From Mytilus californianus (lineage: Eukaryota): a stretch of DNA of 64,000 nucleotides. Below the pieces are notes generated by a model. That model ran no database searches. It was given only the letters and a program-made list of their open reading frames with translations, and had not been told where the DNA came from. This document shows positions 50,335-64,000 of the stretch, piece by piece. Each line of letters starts with the position of its first letter. Positions within the stretch are counted from its first letter, which is position 1. The DNA lies in assembly GCF_021869535.1 (NCBI RefSeq), contig NW_026262712.1, forward strand, positions 32,488,001 through 32,552,000, in the 5' to 3' direction. Both the position numbers and the translations under genes were made by a program.

Positions 50335-51629
50335 TTAAAATTTCACTCGAAATAGGCTGTTTTTTTCCTTGAACAATGAACAGTTCTGTCCACAAATAGA
50401 ATAAGATAGACTGAACGACCAAATTTCACAAGTTCAAATGCGGAGAAAAACATTTGATTGATGATCGAATGTTTCATTTGTAGAGTAAATGTACGAATTA
50501 AGTTAAGGGAAAACTTATTTTACAGGGAAACATTGTAATAAGATTAATTTTTGATGAGATAATACACTTTCCACGATATAAATTACCTCTTTTTAAAGAG
50601 ATCATGGTTTTGTACTACGGTATGGGACGTAAAGACACGAACAATTGATATTTATTGTGTCTCTACCGAGGATGAGCAATGACTTTTCTGCTGTAGTTAG
50701 AATTGTTTTTTCGATACTGGTGACATGTTTTGCTGCAGACTGTTATATGAATCTAAAACAATTACAAAAATAGATCCGTTTGCCGGTATCATACAATTAA
50801 ACCAACTCATATCTCAATAGCATGTTATCGTCATTAATAAACAAGGTATGTGTGCTGCATGGCGTGAGGCATCAATGACTATTTATAGAATATATTGTCA
50901 TGGCATTTTCCATATTGACTAATCATGCCATTCCCTCAACCCATGTTAAGCCCTTGAACTAAAGTTCTCAGTCCAATATGCAGTCCCGGGATAGTTCCAG
51001 GATCTATATATTGATATTTTTTACATATATAGCGTATCTTATAAAAAATGGAAAATGAAATAACAATTTAAAAGGTTTTAATTTACTCTTAATTTGTTGT
51101 TTTTGTTTTGTTTTGTTTCTTTATTCCTGACTGCATTGGTTAACATTCCAATGATTCCCCAAGAATTCCAGTAGGGCTGGCCATCTCATACATGTCATAC
51201 TTTTATGTTTTTTTTTTCTTTTGTTTGAAGCAACTATGTTACACTAATGGGTGTCATTTTTGGAAAATAAAAAGAGAGCTCTATTTGCTTGGTCAATGTA
51301 CTGTTCATTGCGTATTATAAATTATGCCATGGTTAGGTTAAGTTTTGTAAAAATGAACACAACTCCCTAAAATTAAAGAGGGTCTATTCGAATTTTGCAT
51401 GTTGGAAGCTCAAATAGCCTACCCATTGAAATTACATGGTTAGCCTATATACGCACCCGCATCAGCCTGCTCTTTTGGTAATATTCTGTTTTGTGATATC
51501 TACGATAAAAAATTATATAAATTCAGTCAACAGTAATTAAGTATTTCACGGATGTTCAAATCTCATAAATTGATTCATTTGATAAACGTCATGGTTACAA
51601 CCAAAAACTGAGGGAATTACATGAACTCC

Positions 51630-51870
51630 AAACAGAGTGAGACGGGGTGCGTCGACTGCCGTAGTATCCTGCATCGGATGTTCACAGGATAAATGAGATA
51701 CAAAACATTTCTGAAATTTGGACTGTTGAACGATATGACATCATAAATGTATCTGAATGTCAAAATAAAGAACCTTGCAAGATGCTTTATCTTTTTGTCT
51801 GAGAACGTCTTGTATGAATTCTGCATGGTATTATTATAAAAACAAATCGGCAAGTATGTGTGCACAGTTA
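51630..51870 (-). mobile_element. Penelope-like RT palm fragment, degenerate
   Basis: KHLARFFILTFRYIYDVISFNSPNFRNVLYLIYP corresponds to the FRYIDD catalytic region, with the first D mutated. Confidence 0.6.
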
Positions 51871-52959
51871 ATCATATTCGGAAACTGATCGATACAGGCA
51901 CCTAGTACGACAGTGATTATTGATTTTCCCAAGGTTTACCGTGTTTACAGGTACATGTAGTTACATTAATCCTATATACAGATGGTTTATAATATTTTAT
52001 ATATTATATAGAAAGATAATTAATTTATTTAAATGATGTTTTCCGTTAAGTTACATGTCTTTTCAATAAAACAGAATTACATTATGCTTATAAATGTTCT
52101 TTGTTTACAATAGTAGAACAAAAACAGGAAAGTTTAAAGCGTTTTATGATATGAAACATTACTTATATACTTAGATGATGTGATACTACCTTTAAGAGAA
52201 CAACTGACGTTGATGATAAAAAAAAGTCTGTTCGGTTTAAGCTCACAACAGAAAATTTATTCGACTGATGCTCCTAGTTTATTTGTAATTACTTGTACAA
52301 ATACTACTAAACGGATGGTAATTTCTAAGAATTCCTATACTCCTAACAAAACAACTAAAATATCATTAAACAGCAACCTTTTCATGAACAGATGTATAAA
52401 ATACTAAGAGATAAATATTCAAAACTTGTTATTAATTTTCAACTCACGGTTTTTTTTTTGTTTTGACCGAAATTTACAAAGCTAATTTTAAATATCACTT
52501 GCGAAAACCTCTCTACTGAATTAAAAGACCATAGAAAACCGTATTTGAATTCAAATACACACACAAAAAACGTAGCAATATCTCCATTTGATCTCTGCTT
52601 ATATAAGTTAGGGCTGGAATGAGTAAAACTTTGAAATGGTAGATGAAGCAGTCAACGTGAATATAGCGTATTATCAAATGTATTTATTGAACAAAATGTG
52701 ATGAAAGTTCTGGCAAAATGTACTTTATTTTAATTAATGCGGAAGCAGAATGTTTGTACGTAAATTTTATTTTTGTATTTAATTTATGTGATCCTGCAAT
52801 GTGGATCCCCAAATAAAAAAAGAATCGTCATAATATATAACGTATGGACGATCATAGTTTAGATATGTAGTGGGAAATGTGATCCACGTCATATTGTAAT
52901 AGATTTTGTTGACATGTGGTTAATTAGCCCATATACACATTCATTAACGTTATAATTCT

Positions 52960-53150
52960 TTTATTCACCTTATTGATCAACTACTTTTTAAATATACCGC
53001 CATTATCACTTGCTATTTGTATAAACATGAGACATACTCGTCATAACAAGTCACCTGATACATTTATCTGCTGTTTACGTTCCTGGTGGGCGTATTGAAG
53101 TACTGAACAATTCTACATCCGATTCAATTCTTTTGATGTAGGTACACCGT
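52960..53150 (+). promoter_or_regulatory. Putative promoter and non-coding exon 1 of the TRIM-like copy at 54956
   Basis: ataccgc...tcacttg...TATAAA (53020-53025)...gatacattt...TGTTTAC (53072-53078)...donor GTATGTatgctatgttatattatg at 53149. Confidence 0.65.
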
Positions 53151-54264
53151 ATGTATGCTATGTTATATTATGATAATTTAACAACAGAAAACATTATTAT
53201 AGTTAAGATGTCTATTTTTCTTTTTTTTTCTTCAAATAATTTGTTCAATCCTCATCAACATGTTATCATCTAGACTTCGTTAAAACGAGGATAGTAAAAA
53301 GTAAAATAAAAAAAAAAAATACCGAACTCCGAGGAAAATACAATACGGAAATGTCCCAATCAAATGGCCAAATCAAAAGCTCAAACGCATCAAACGAATG
53401 GAAAACAACTGTCATCTTCCTGACTTGGTACAGGCATTTTCTTATGTAGAAAATGGTGGATTAAACCTGGTTATATAGCTAGTTAAACCTCTCACTTGTA
53501 TGACATTCGCATAAAATTCCATTATATTGACAACAAGGTGTGAACAATTGTAAATGATAGTAAATGATGTTTTCGAAAGAGAAAGTTGTCCTACAGATAT
53601 CACATATCGTATGTATTGTTTGTTTCAAAAAAGCACCTATTCATCTTCAAGGTAATACTTATTTGAAGTCTGTGCTTTAGTACAGACATGATTTATAAAC
53701 AAAATTACTTAAACCTCTGTAGATAAATTACGAAATGATTAAAAACTGAAGTAAATCAAATTAATTTGTCGGGATGAAGGTTAACAAAGAAAAGCTTTCG
53801 GACGTATACATTTGAGTGTTTAATTATTACCGTGGATATCATTGACAATTATATAAGGGTGATGCCGAACATCGAGTTAATTGAGAGTTCGCTCTAAGTT
53901 CGAAATAGACGTCTGCATATTTGAAGCGACGTAGATTTTCTTTGAGGTTCAAAAAAGGGTTGTACTCAGACACATTAAATGTATTATCTATCTTTATTTT
54001 TAAATTTACTTGAGTTGTTGTATTGAAATCAAACAGAAATAACAAAAACCAAAAAAAAAAAAAAGTTCTTGAATAGCATAGTGTGCATGCATACATAATC
54101 AGTTGGAACAGTATTACAATGTACAGAGCCATGGTTTACAAATGTCCAGCGGAAAATCAATATGCAAGACGAAGATATTCTTATACGAATTTATTATGAA
54201 CCCAGCTTCGTGGAAAATCGACACCTTAAGCGTATTTTTAACGTGTTAGATCACAGGGAACATT

Positions 54265-54420
54265 CGCAGGAAGACATGTCACCATACCCGGACACATTAT
54301 TATGATCCCGCGCCGACAAGTATTTTCTTTACTCCTGAATGTCCCCTTCTTAGCGGTTTTGTAGCAGATATCAATTTTATTGTCTTTCGTTTGACCCGGT
54401 CTCGAACGAGCATGTTCGTC
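54265..54420 (-). mobile_element. Degenerate tRNA-SINE (Meta-domain-like); second copy at about 57065-57215
   Basis: ccggacacattattatgatcc...cttagcgg...ttttattgtctttcgtttgacccggtctcgaac resembles the reverse strand of bivalve Meta-type SINEs (recalled, not searched). Confidence 0.45.
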
Positions 54421-54955
54421 GAGACGGTTCTACCTGAAGAATATTTATTAGTTAGACCACAACTTCATAGTAACCGAATATTATCCGGGAAGAGATTGGG
54501 GTTTCAGTATTTCCAACCGGGCTTATACCAACCCTGTGAAGAATCCACATACATTCCATGAACATTTCTCTCGAAATTACCTTATCATTCGCGTTCTTTT
54601 AGGACCAGTTCTTCGTTGCATTAATCATGCTCCTTTTATGCATACATGCTGTCAACTTCTTTTCTTTGCTTTGGTGTATCAGAAGTATGCTATGAGAACA
54701 CTTAAAAGTTTAACATCAAAGTTATGCTGTATTTGTTACGCTGTAAATATGATAGATATAAGGAGATGTGGTATGAGAACTATTATAGATAGAACTATCT
54801 TGAAAACTGTAACATATAGTATAAACGTTAAAGCAAAATTTATCAGCAAATCAAGGACTACACATACATCAACTTTGTCTAAATCATCAGATGACTGCTT
54901 ATTGTAATATTGTAATATCTAAATCAAATAATATTTTCTTCAGTTTTTGTTTTCC

Positions 54956-56655
54956 ATGGCATCATCAACACCCGTGTGCGGTGTATGTGATCTCCGTAGT
55001 ATTACCAAACCATCTATAATCTCGTGTTTTGAATGTGACGGAGGACTTTTCCCTGAATGCAAAGAGAATGTCAAAGGGAACACGAAATCATAACTACATA
55101 AAATAAGGGAGTACCAAAAATTACCAAGTGAAATAGTCAAAATCACTCAAAACTGTCCAAACCATAATGAGAAGTCCGTGATTTGTTGCAAAAAGCATGA
55201 ATGTCATTGTTGTGATAGTTGTATGGTATAAAATCATATGGAATGTCGGGATTTCGACAAATTGGCTGATATCACTCAAAATATCAAATTTTCAAATTTT
55301 TATGACATAGAACAATCAGTAGCAGACCTTTCTGACAATATTCACAGAATTCAATATAATAGAGAAAATAATTTTAAAAGTTTAACCGAAATGAAGGAGC
55401 AGGTTGAGGAAGCAATCAAACAAACTAGGATTATTATTAACAAACATTTAGACAAAATACAAGTTGACATAATGACAAAATTAAATGCGACCGAAGAACA
55501 AGAAAAAAAAACGATAATTGAACTGCTGGACTTGTTGAAGGAAAAAGAAAGTGAGATAATTGAATACTAGAAGAACTTCGAAAATATCGAGAAACATGCT
55601 ACAGATATTCAGACATTTATTTCTATGAAGGAGCTAGCCAAAAACGTCTCAAGCAAAGACGAGTTCCTACAGTCGGTGATTGACAGCGAAAATTTTAAAG
55701 ACCACGAACTGTCGTAAAATACCAATACCGCAATGCAAGATTTAGCAAATCGTATCAAGAGTTTTGGAAAAGTAAAAATTGAGACAAAACCATGCAATGT
55801 AGACCTTACAAGGAGAAAATACAAACAAGCACAAATAATGCTTCCGCATATAGTATCTAAGTCAGTTGCAGAAGTCAATCTAAAGCTGCATAAAAATATG
55901 AATACTAGGGGAAACAGCACATATGGTTGTTGCATGTTACCAGGTGGTAAAATGGCGTTTACAGATCACGTTTGAAACACTGTAACAGTGTTCAAATCTA
56001 ATGGATCAAAAGTTTTAATAGTGAAAACACCATCGATGGCGTTTGACATAGCGTACATCTACGAACACAGCACACTGGCTGTATCATGGGGATTGTCAGT
56101 AAGTCGCTGCATTACAATCATTGACAAAACAAACAAATCAAGAAAGAAATATCAGTTGATTCATGTTATTACGGCATAGCACTAAAGGAAGGCGAAGTAA
56201 TGTGTTCTACCTTCGGAAAAGGAATACAATTTATAAATCTGAACAACAATCAAACAAATAATATAGTTCGAGATGACATACCTGCTTTATGTTACGTTGC
56301 AACATTTGGTGACAAAATTTACCATACAAATCCCCAACGAGACTCCGTAACATGTTATGATTTACAAGGAAAAGCACAATGGACATTTAAGAATGAACGC
56401 GTACTGAATAGTTCACGTGGTATATCTGTAGACAATGGTGGTAATGTATACGTAGTATGGTATATTTCTACCAATGTAGTAGCTATTTCTGTGAACGGAC
56501 AACAAAACACTGAAATACTAAAAGCCAGGGATGGTCTCTACAATCCACTTTCTCTTGATTATAACAGAAATACAAATCATTTGCTAGTCGCAAATTATCA
56601 GAAAAAAGCAATGATTTTTACCATGACTGGATTATACAAAATTATCAATGTGTAG
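54956..56655 (+). pseudogene. TRIM-like pseudogene (full length, multiple stops and frameshifts)
   Basis: MASSTPVCGVCD start, small deletion near 55065, TAA 55229-31, TAG 55568-70, TAA 55715-17, TGA about 55973. Propeller fragment at 56200-56655 (SSRGISVDNGGNVYVV). Confidence 0.85.
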
Positions 56656-58545
56656 CTGAAGTTATAATATTTCGGTGTCAGAGTAGCACATTTTCTGTCA
56701 TGTTGTAATTTTTGCTTAATGATGAATGATGATATATTTTAGTCATACTAATGATTATACAGCAATGCTATTTTTCAGATTTTATAATACTTACGAAAAA
56801 AACCAAAAAAAAAAAAAAAAATAAGGAAGATTTAACAGTTTTATTTTTAGACGACTAAATACAAGTTCTTGAATAGCATAGTGTGCATGCATACATAATC
56901 AGTTGGAACAGTATTACAATGTACAGAGCCATGGTTTACAAATGTCCAGCGGCAAATCAATATGCAAGACGAAGATATTCTTATACGAATTTATTATGAA
57001 CCCAGCTTCGTAGAAAACCGACACCCTGAAGCGTATTTTTAACGTGTTAGATCTCAGGGAACATTCGCAGGAAGACATGTCACCATACCCGGACACATTA
57101 TTATGATCCCGCGCCGACAAGTATTTTCTTTACTCCTGAATGTCCCCTGCTTAGCGGTTTTGTAGCAGATATTTTATATGTCTTTGGTTCGACCTGGTCT
57201 CGAACGAGCATGTTCGTCGAGACGGTTCTACCTGAAGAATATTTATTAGTTAGACCACAACTTCATAGTAACCGAATATTATCCGGGAAGAGATTGGGGT
57301 TTCAGTATTTCCAACCGGGCTTATACCAACCCTGTGAAGAATCCACATACATTCCATGAACATTTCTCTCGAAATTACCTTATCATTCGCGTTCTTTCAG
57401 GACCAGTTATTTTTTGCATTAATCATGCTCCTTTTATGCATACATGCTGTCAACTTCTTTTCGTTGCCTTGGTGTATCAGAAGTATGCTATGAGAACACT
57501 TAAAAGTTTAACATCAAAGTTATGCTGTATTTGTTACGCTGTAAATATGATAGATATAAGAAGATGTGGTATGAGTGCCAATGAGACAACTTTCCTTCAA
57601 AGTCACAATTTGTAAAAGTAAACCATGTATTTAGAAAAAAAAGGAGGGTACCTAATGAAACCTTCGGGGAGTTTTCTTCTTGATTTTTGTTGAGCGGAAA
57701 TATTCAACAAACAGATGTGTCACCCTAAGCTAGCGTTCTGTATTAGCGAGGACATTAGAATAGATGGAACCCCATAATATTTCGTACCTGTACCAAATCA
57801 TACAACACAGACCACATGTTTTCATTGTTATTGGTATTTTCTTGTCTGTCTATTTGCTCTGAATGTTAAAAAGTTATTGATTGATGGTGCGGTATGTTGC
57901 ATTGTCCAAAAGTTTAGTATTTTCTGTTATCATTGGTACAAGTTATCAAATTGTCTAGTTTTTTGAGAACTGATTATTTTTCAAGTTTACCTGAACCGAA
58001 GTGTCAGGTGAGCTATTGTTAACACTTGGCATTTCTCGACCGTCGTCCGTTAACTTTATTTTGGTCGACATCGCTAAACATTTAACATAAGGCTTAAATG
58101 CAAGTTATGTTTATTATCTTTAAAAAGCTAAAGAAAGAGAAAATCTGACTGGGGCAGAAAGTTTCAATTCTTTTTAATTTCTGCGTATTGTCTTGAAAAC
58201 TTTGAAAGATGAAGAGGAATTGTAAATGGCAAAAAATCATTATAAAATCTGAATCTACAATTGCGTTAACTTGGCCGAAATAAGTTGACTCTTTAATGGA
58301 GTCATTCCCTTTAAATGACGGGTTTTTCCAATTAATTTGTGTTTTTACCTATCTTGAGAACAATAACATGTATAATAGATAGAATTATCTTGAAAACTGT
58401 AACATATAGTATAAACTTTAAAGCAGAATTGATCAGCAAATCAAGGACTACACATATATCAACTTTGTCTAAATCATCAGATGACTGCTTATTGTAATAT
58501 TGTAATATCTAAATCAAATAATATTTTCTTCAGTTTTTGTTTTCC

Positions 58546-59570
58546 ATGGCATCATCAACACCCGTGTGCGGTGTATGTGATCTCCGTAGTATTACCAAAC
58601 CATCTACAATCTCGTGTTTTAAATGTGACGAAGGACTTTGCCCTGAATGCAAAGACCACCACAGTCTGTCAAAGGGAACACGAAATCATAACAACATAAC
58701 AATAAGAGAGTACCAAAAATTACCAAATGAAATAGTCAAAATCACTCAAAACTGTGCAAACCATAATGAGAAGTCCATGATTTATTACAAAAAAGCATGA
58801 ATGTCTTTGTTGTGATAGTTGTATGGTATAAAATCATATGGAATGTCGGGATTTCGACAAATTGGCTGATATCACTCAAAATATCAAATTTTCAAATGTT
58901 TATGACATAGAACAATCAGTAGCAGACCTTTCCGACAATATTCACAGAATTCAATATAATAGAGAAAATAATTTAAAAAGGTTAACCGAAATGAAGGAGC
59001 AGGATGAGGAAGCAATCAAACAAACTAGGATTACTATTAACAAACATTTAGACAAAATATAAGTTGACATAATAACAAAATTAAATGCGACCGAAGAACA
59101 AGAAAAAATAACGATAACAGAACTGCTGGACTTGTTGAAGGAAACAGAAAGTGAGATAATTGAATACCAGAAAAACATCGAAAATATCGAGAAACATGCT
59201 ACAGATATTCAGACATTTATTTCTATGAAGAAGCTAGAAATAAACGTCTCAAGCAAAGACAAATTCCTACAGTCGGTGATTGACAGCGAAAATTTTAAAG
59301 ACCACGAACTGTCGTAAAATACCAATGCCGCAATGCAAGATTTAGGAAATCGTATCAAGAAATTCGGAAAAGTAAAAATTGAGACAAAACCATGCAATGT
59401 AGACCTTACAAGGAGAAAAGACAAACAAGCACAACTAATTATTCCGCATATAGAATCTAAGTCAGTTGCAGAAGTCAATTTAAAGCTGCATAAAAATATA
59501 AATACTAAAAAAACTAGAATAAGCAATGATTTTTACTATGACTTGATTATACAAAATTATCAATGTGTAG
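58546..59570 (+). pseudogene. TRIM-like pseudogene with internal deletion of the propeller
   Basis: Near-identical to the 54956 copy. +1 A near 58790-58795, TAA 58829-31 and 59315-17 shared with that copy. Jumps from ...aatacta to ...aagcaatgatttttac near 59510. Confidence 0.85.
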
Positions 59571-61049
59571 CTGAAGTTATAATATTTCGGTGTCAGAGTA
59601 GCACATTTTCTGCCATGTTGTAATTTTTGCTTTATGATGAATGATGATATATTTTAGTCATACTAATGAATATACAGCAATGCTATTTTTCAGATTTTAT
59701 AAAACTTACAAAAAAGTGAATGAACACGTTAATCATACCCTTAACCCGGAAAATAAAAAAAAAATATAAATCAACTTTCAACGAAACAAAATATTACATC
59801 GACGCTTTTTGATAGCATTAAACTTTGATTAAATAATGATTTAGATTTTCAAAATTTTCAGCATTTGAGAAAAATTCAAAAATATTAAACTAGACATTTA
59901 TTTAGATTCCACAAGCTACATTCTTATGTCAGTGTAAGATCAAAGTACGGGCTATCAAAAATGAAATAAAGCATACCAAATAAAACTTAATTCAATTTTT
60001 GTACTCAAATAAAAGAACTTCTTCTGAATACTGCAGATATGTTTATTAGATACAAAAAAATATTCCTGGATATGAGTATATCGTAAGAGTAATTTCCAGA
60101 TTAAGAGTAATTCCCGAATAAGTGTATGACACACGTCCACAAAATGATAATTTTACTATTCTATCTTTTTTTTTTTGCCAAATGAATGTACGAGACAAAG
60201 GTTAAATACACCCCTGTTGTAATTGCATGTACATATATTTTTCATTATGTTGAATAATGTTTTGAATTTGAAGTTAAACGAAAATGATGATTATACAAAT
60301 TAATGCTAATTTGGACCTGTTGTGTTGAAGTTTGGTTAGTTGTAAATTTAGACGCGGCATGAACCTCAGTGTCAGCAATGATTGATAACCGACACAAATA
60401 ACATACAAATTAAAGGAACTTGTAATATCTTTTAATCGTTCTAATAAACATGAAACCAATATGTTTCATAACTTACTTAACTCAACAATTTGTAAAAAAA
60501 TCAATTCTTACAGAACAAAATAACCTTCTTCTTCTATTGTTGATCAATTTACATTTTAATATGTGGAATCATTGATAAAGGCAACTATATACCTTGTTAT
60601 GTCATAGGAAGATACTTTTTTAAGCACAAAACAATTACCTGAATCTGATTGCAACTCCTTAGCATTTAAATTGGGGTACGGAATATGTAGCTCTCTCGTG
60701 TATAGCTATGATTCCTTGTCCATGTTTGAATATACATTTGTTGTTTTTTGGTTATATAAGCTCTTCAATGTTTGTTTTTGTTGAAATAAAGGCCTCAAAC
60801 AAACAGAAATAAAGAGACAAAAGTGATCTGTTTCGAAAGTCCTATGGTCACTGACCTACATTTTATGCTTCATTGACTTTGCTTTACTTTTACGTCCGAG
60901 CTAATAACTCTGTAGCTTTTAGAAATAGTCTGTTAACTTGTCTAGAAATATACGAGTATGTAAACATGACACATGTCACAGAAGACTAGGACTGTTTCAT
61001 GTTATTGAAAAAGGATGGCAAAAAGAAAGGAGATGATCTGAACACCTCA

Positions 61050-61920
61050 AGACACATTTTACTTGATCAATTCCATGCAGCGACTCAGGTTCAGACCCCG
61101 TCTTGGTCTGGTTTTCGTCGGTATTTATACTTCTTTGGTTTTGAAATATTTGGTTTTTAGCCTACCTGATGGAGGTAAATGCAGAAAAGCGCTTCGGACG
61201 CATACCATTTATAAAGTGTGTTTTCGTGTTTTATGCTGTTCTGTTACGCAACTGTACATGTCGTAGGTTAGGGAGAAGGTTTACTGTTAATAGACATGTT
61301 CAGCCCGCCATATTCTGTGAGTACCTGTCCCATTTTAAGAGCCTGGAATTCAGTGGTTGTCGTTTGTAGCTTTCTGCCATATTTATTTTTCGTTTTTTTT
61401 TGCTTTTATGATAAACTAGGCCGTTGATTCTCTCTTTTGAATGTTTCATATTTTGAAGATGGCTTTTTACGGCTTACTATTTGGTATGAGAAAAAAGTAA
61501 AACAACAAAAATACCAAACTCCAAGGAAAATTCAAAACGGAAAGTCCCTTAACAATTGGCAAATCAAAAGCTCAAACACATCAAACGAATGGAAAACAAC
61601 TGCCATATTCCTGACTTGGTACAGGCATTTGCATTGAGTTTTGTTCATTTGCGAAAGCTTTACGTTGACTTATAAAATTGAGAATGGAAATGGGGAATAT
61701 GTCAAAGAGACAACAACCCGACCATAGAACAGACAACAGCAGAAGGTCACCAACAGGTCTTCAATGCAGCGAGAAATTCCCGCACCCGGAGGCGTCCTTC
61801 AGCTGGCCCCTAAACAAATATATATACTAGTTCAGTTATAATGAACGCCATACTAAACTCCAAATTGTACACAAGAAACTAAAATTAAATTTAATACAAG
61901 ACTAACAAAGGCTAGAGGCT
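61050..61920. repeat. Cluster of dispersed repeat fragments
   Basis: 61495-61635 matches family A. 61050-61430 and 61670-61920 look like common bivalve interspersed repeats (recalled, no second copy in the window). Confidence 0.4.
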
Positions 61921-62405
61921 CCTATTATAGCTGTTTACATTCTCGGTCCTTGTTGCGTGTTGTCTTATTGACAATCATAGTACATCGCCGCCTTTATTTT
62001 ATTTTATTAATTTGCATTTAAAAGTAGCTACAAATATGACAAATATTTCAATTTCATGTTTGGAAAATTCTTTTTTTTTTTGCGTCCCCTTTGGCGATTC
62101 GCTTCAGTTAATTGGTATTATGTTTAAATCTGATGTATTGGTATGTGGAGGTCAATAACCGATAGTCTATTGTAGCCGTTCAAATCTTATTTCCGATTAT
62201 TTATACATGTAAACTTCTAGGGCAAAGTGATTGATTTTAAGTCTTTTATTTTTTTGTGATAGAAGGAAATTGTTTACGCAATTGGTAAACTTTTAAATTT
62301 CAATATGAATGTTAAGGGTCAACATGCAGTAGCACTAGTAATACAACCGTTGTAATATTGACCACCGCCATACATTTCATGAAATTATTACTGCTATGTT
62401 CATAT

Positions 62406-62797
62406 TTATGTCACAGTGATTATCCATCGACCTATACGATTCAAGGTATCATTGATTCTGTACACAGTACTACCGGATATTTGAATAAGGGGTGATAGCC
62501 ATAGCGTTGATCCAATTACAATGCTAAATGCGGATTTACTACCTAAAGTCTGCTTCGAAAAAGCATAAAATCCTACCAGTGCAACCACGCAAATTAGATT
62601 AGCACTAAGAAAGAATATTAGCGCCTTCTTTCTCAATAACTGTAATCCCATTTTCCTGTCTTCGTTTGATATTCCCTTTGATACAGATGACCCGATAACG
62701 TTGGAGACCAGTTCTTCCCAGAATTTAAACTCAGTTTGGTTGAAGTCACTTAAACTAAAAGATGATGCACTCAAACTTCTGAAAAACGTTGTGTCAA
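62406..62797 (-). CDS. Probable terminal coding exon of a chitin-synthase-like multi-pass membrane protein
   Basis: After acceptor atttttctttcAG: ...QTEFKFWEELVSNVIG...EDRKMGLQLLRKKALIFFLSANLICVVAL...IVIGSTLWLSPLIQISGSTVYRINDTLNRIG*. This resembles the E..FW..L...L..LR....FF..N and C-terminal TM pattern of metazoan chitin synthases. Upstream exons were not identified. Confidence 0.45.
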
Positions 62798-64000
62798 CTG
62801 AAAGAAAAATGGATTTCGCTAAAATTATACCAGATGTTAAACGAAGTAACGAACAAAAGTTAGAAAAAAAAATCAACAAAGACCTGTCCTATAAAAAAAA
62901 AAAATGAATATCCAAGTAAGTGGAAAATGTTTTTATTACATTGCACTCACATTTTTATTATGTATTATTGCAAGTAGATTCAACGCATCTCATATCGTTT
63001 ACATTTTTTACAACCGCTTTTTAACTCTTTATTTTGATAATTATATAAATGAAAGCTCCTATTTATTCGATATCCAATTGATATATCGCCGGAACGATTT
63101 TTATTAAAATCCAAGTAAATTATATTCAAATATGAATATTAATATTATATATTTTTTATAACGTACATTAGTTGTTAATGATACTATTGTAGTAAATTTT
63201 TGGGAGCCCAAAAATATTAGAAAAGACGCACATTTGTATTTTTCCATTAATTATTACCAAGTGTACCTGTATGCTCGACAAGATTAGAGAAACTGCTATG
63301 GGATGAGTTTATTAATTGTTTAAGGCAACACGATAATCAATAGTTGCTTTAATCTGCTCCATTTTGGACTCAGTCGGACAGTCATGTCATTTGCAATCAT
63401 ATCACATCTCGTAATTTGAAATACCAGTAAGAAAAACAAAAATCGCAACAGCAGACACGTTAGACAGAATCTTGGAACTAATATTGACATCAATGATGCA
63501 TGTAATAATTGCTCAATACGGATTTGTTTCCGTATTCAAATCATCACAGAAACTGAGCTAACAAGCTGGGTATTATAAAGGATGAAAAAGAAGTCTTTTT
63601 TATCAATTTCAGCGTTTGTTATGCTTTTTCTTACTGTTCGGTTTCGTTTTTATTACATTCGAATATAGGTAATTAAATACAACAGAACACATGCATCCGA
63701 AGCACTTCTTGGATTTATTTATTTTCATGAGGAATCCAAACATTTGAAAGCCAAGGACGTATAAAACATTAAAATGTGAACAGTGATATGACCATGAACA
63801 TACTGACCCCTCCCCCCCCCCCCCAAAAAAAATAAAACAAATGTCAAATTCATCTAAAGTCAATTTTGCATGAGACAGTTGGAATCGGCAACTTGGATTT
63901 TAAATATTAAATGGTCTTCGGTATGAATGGATCAGTTTTGAATTGTCAGATATTTGAAATGAGCATTACACATGATTCCTCAGTGCCTCTAGGATTTTTA

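Larger units (their letters stand above)
54062..59720 (+). repeat. Tandem duplication of a TRIM-like pseudogene unit (about 54062-56860 and 56862-59720)
   Basis: Offsets of 2798 bp (54536/57334) and 3600 bp (55238/58838). About 800 bp (57575-58370) is missing from unit 1, and about 700 bp of propeller sequence is missing from unit 2. Confidence 0.85.

Noticed and set aside
54536-54907. 123-aa ORF with a paralogue at 57334-57615
   Set aside because: Non-ATG start, lies in duplicated intronic DNA that runs into a family B repeat, and has no recognisable domain.
63480-64000. Further exons of the chitin-synthase-like gene
   Set aside because: Minus-strand frames contain stops or lack recognisable motifs, and no splice-consistent exon could be supported.

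Overview
AT-rich eukaryotic genomic DNA with GT-AG introns, most likely a bivalve mollusc (Mytilus-like; inferred from the gene and repeat families, not proven). The window holds a cluster of four paralogous RING-less TRIM-like genes (two B-boxes, coiled coil, NHL-like beta-propeller). One has an open frame on the minus strand that runs off the left edge; three plus-strand copies are pseudogenes. Three homologous TATA/non-coding first-exon modules are present. The minus-strand one (about 27.1 kb) implies a 26 kb first intron for the open gene. That intron contains an 11.7 kb Kolobok-type DNA transposon (TTAA on both sides, GGGGGTACC TIRs) whose spliced, degenerate ORF joins a DDE transposase to a DEDDh 3'-5' exonuclease. 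It also contains a 5.9 kb tandem duplication of the transposon's right half plus flank, and a 3.9 kb CMC/EnSpm-like TIR element found only in the second copy, with a possible excision footprint in the first. A ~9.8 kb 21-bp minisatellite with higher-order structure lies between two head-to-head promoters. Also present: a small non-autonomous Kolobok-like element, Helentron-like elements with internal tandem arrays, SINEs, Penelope-like RT fragments, and a probable chitin-synthase-like terminal exon at the right end.
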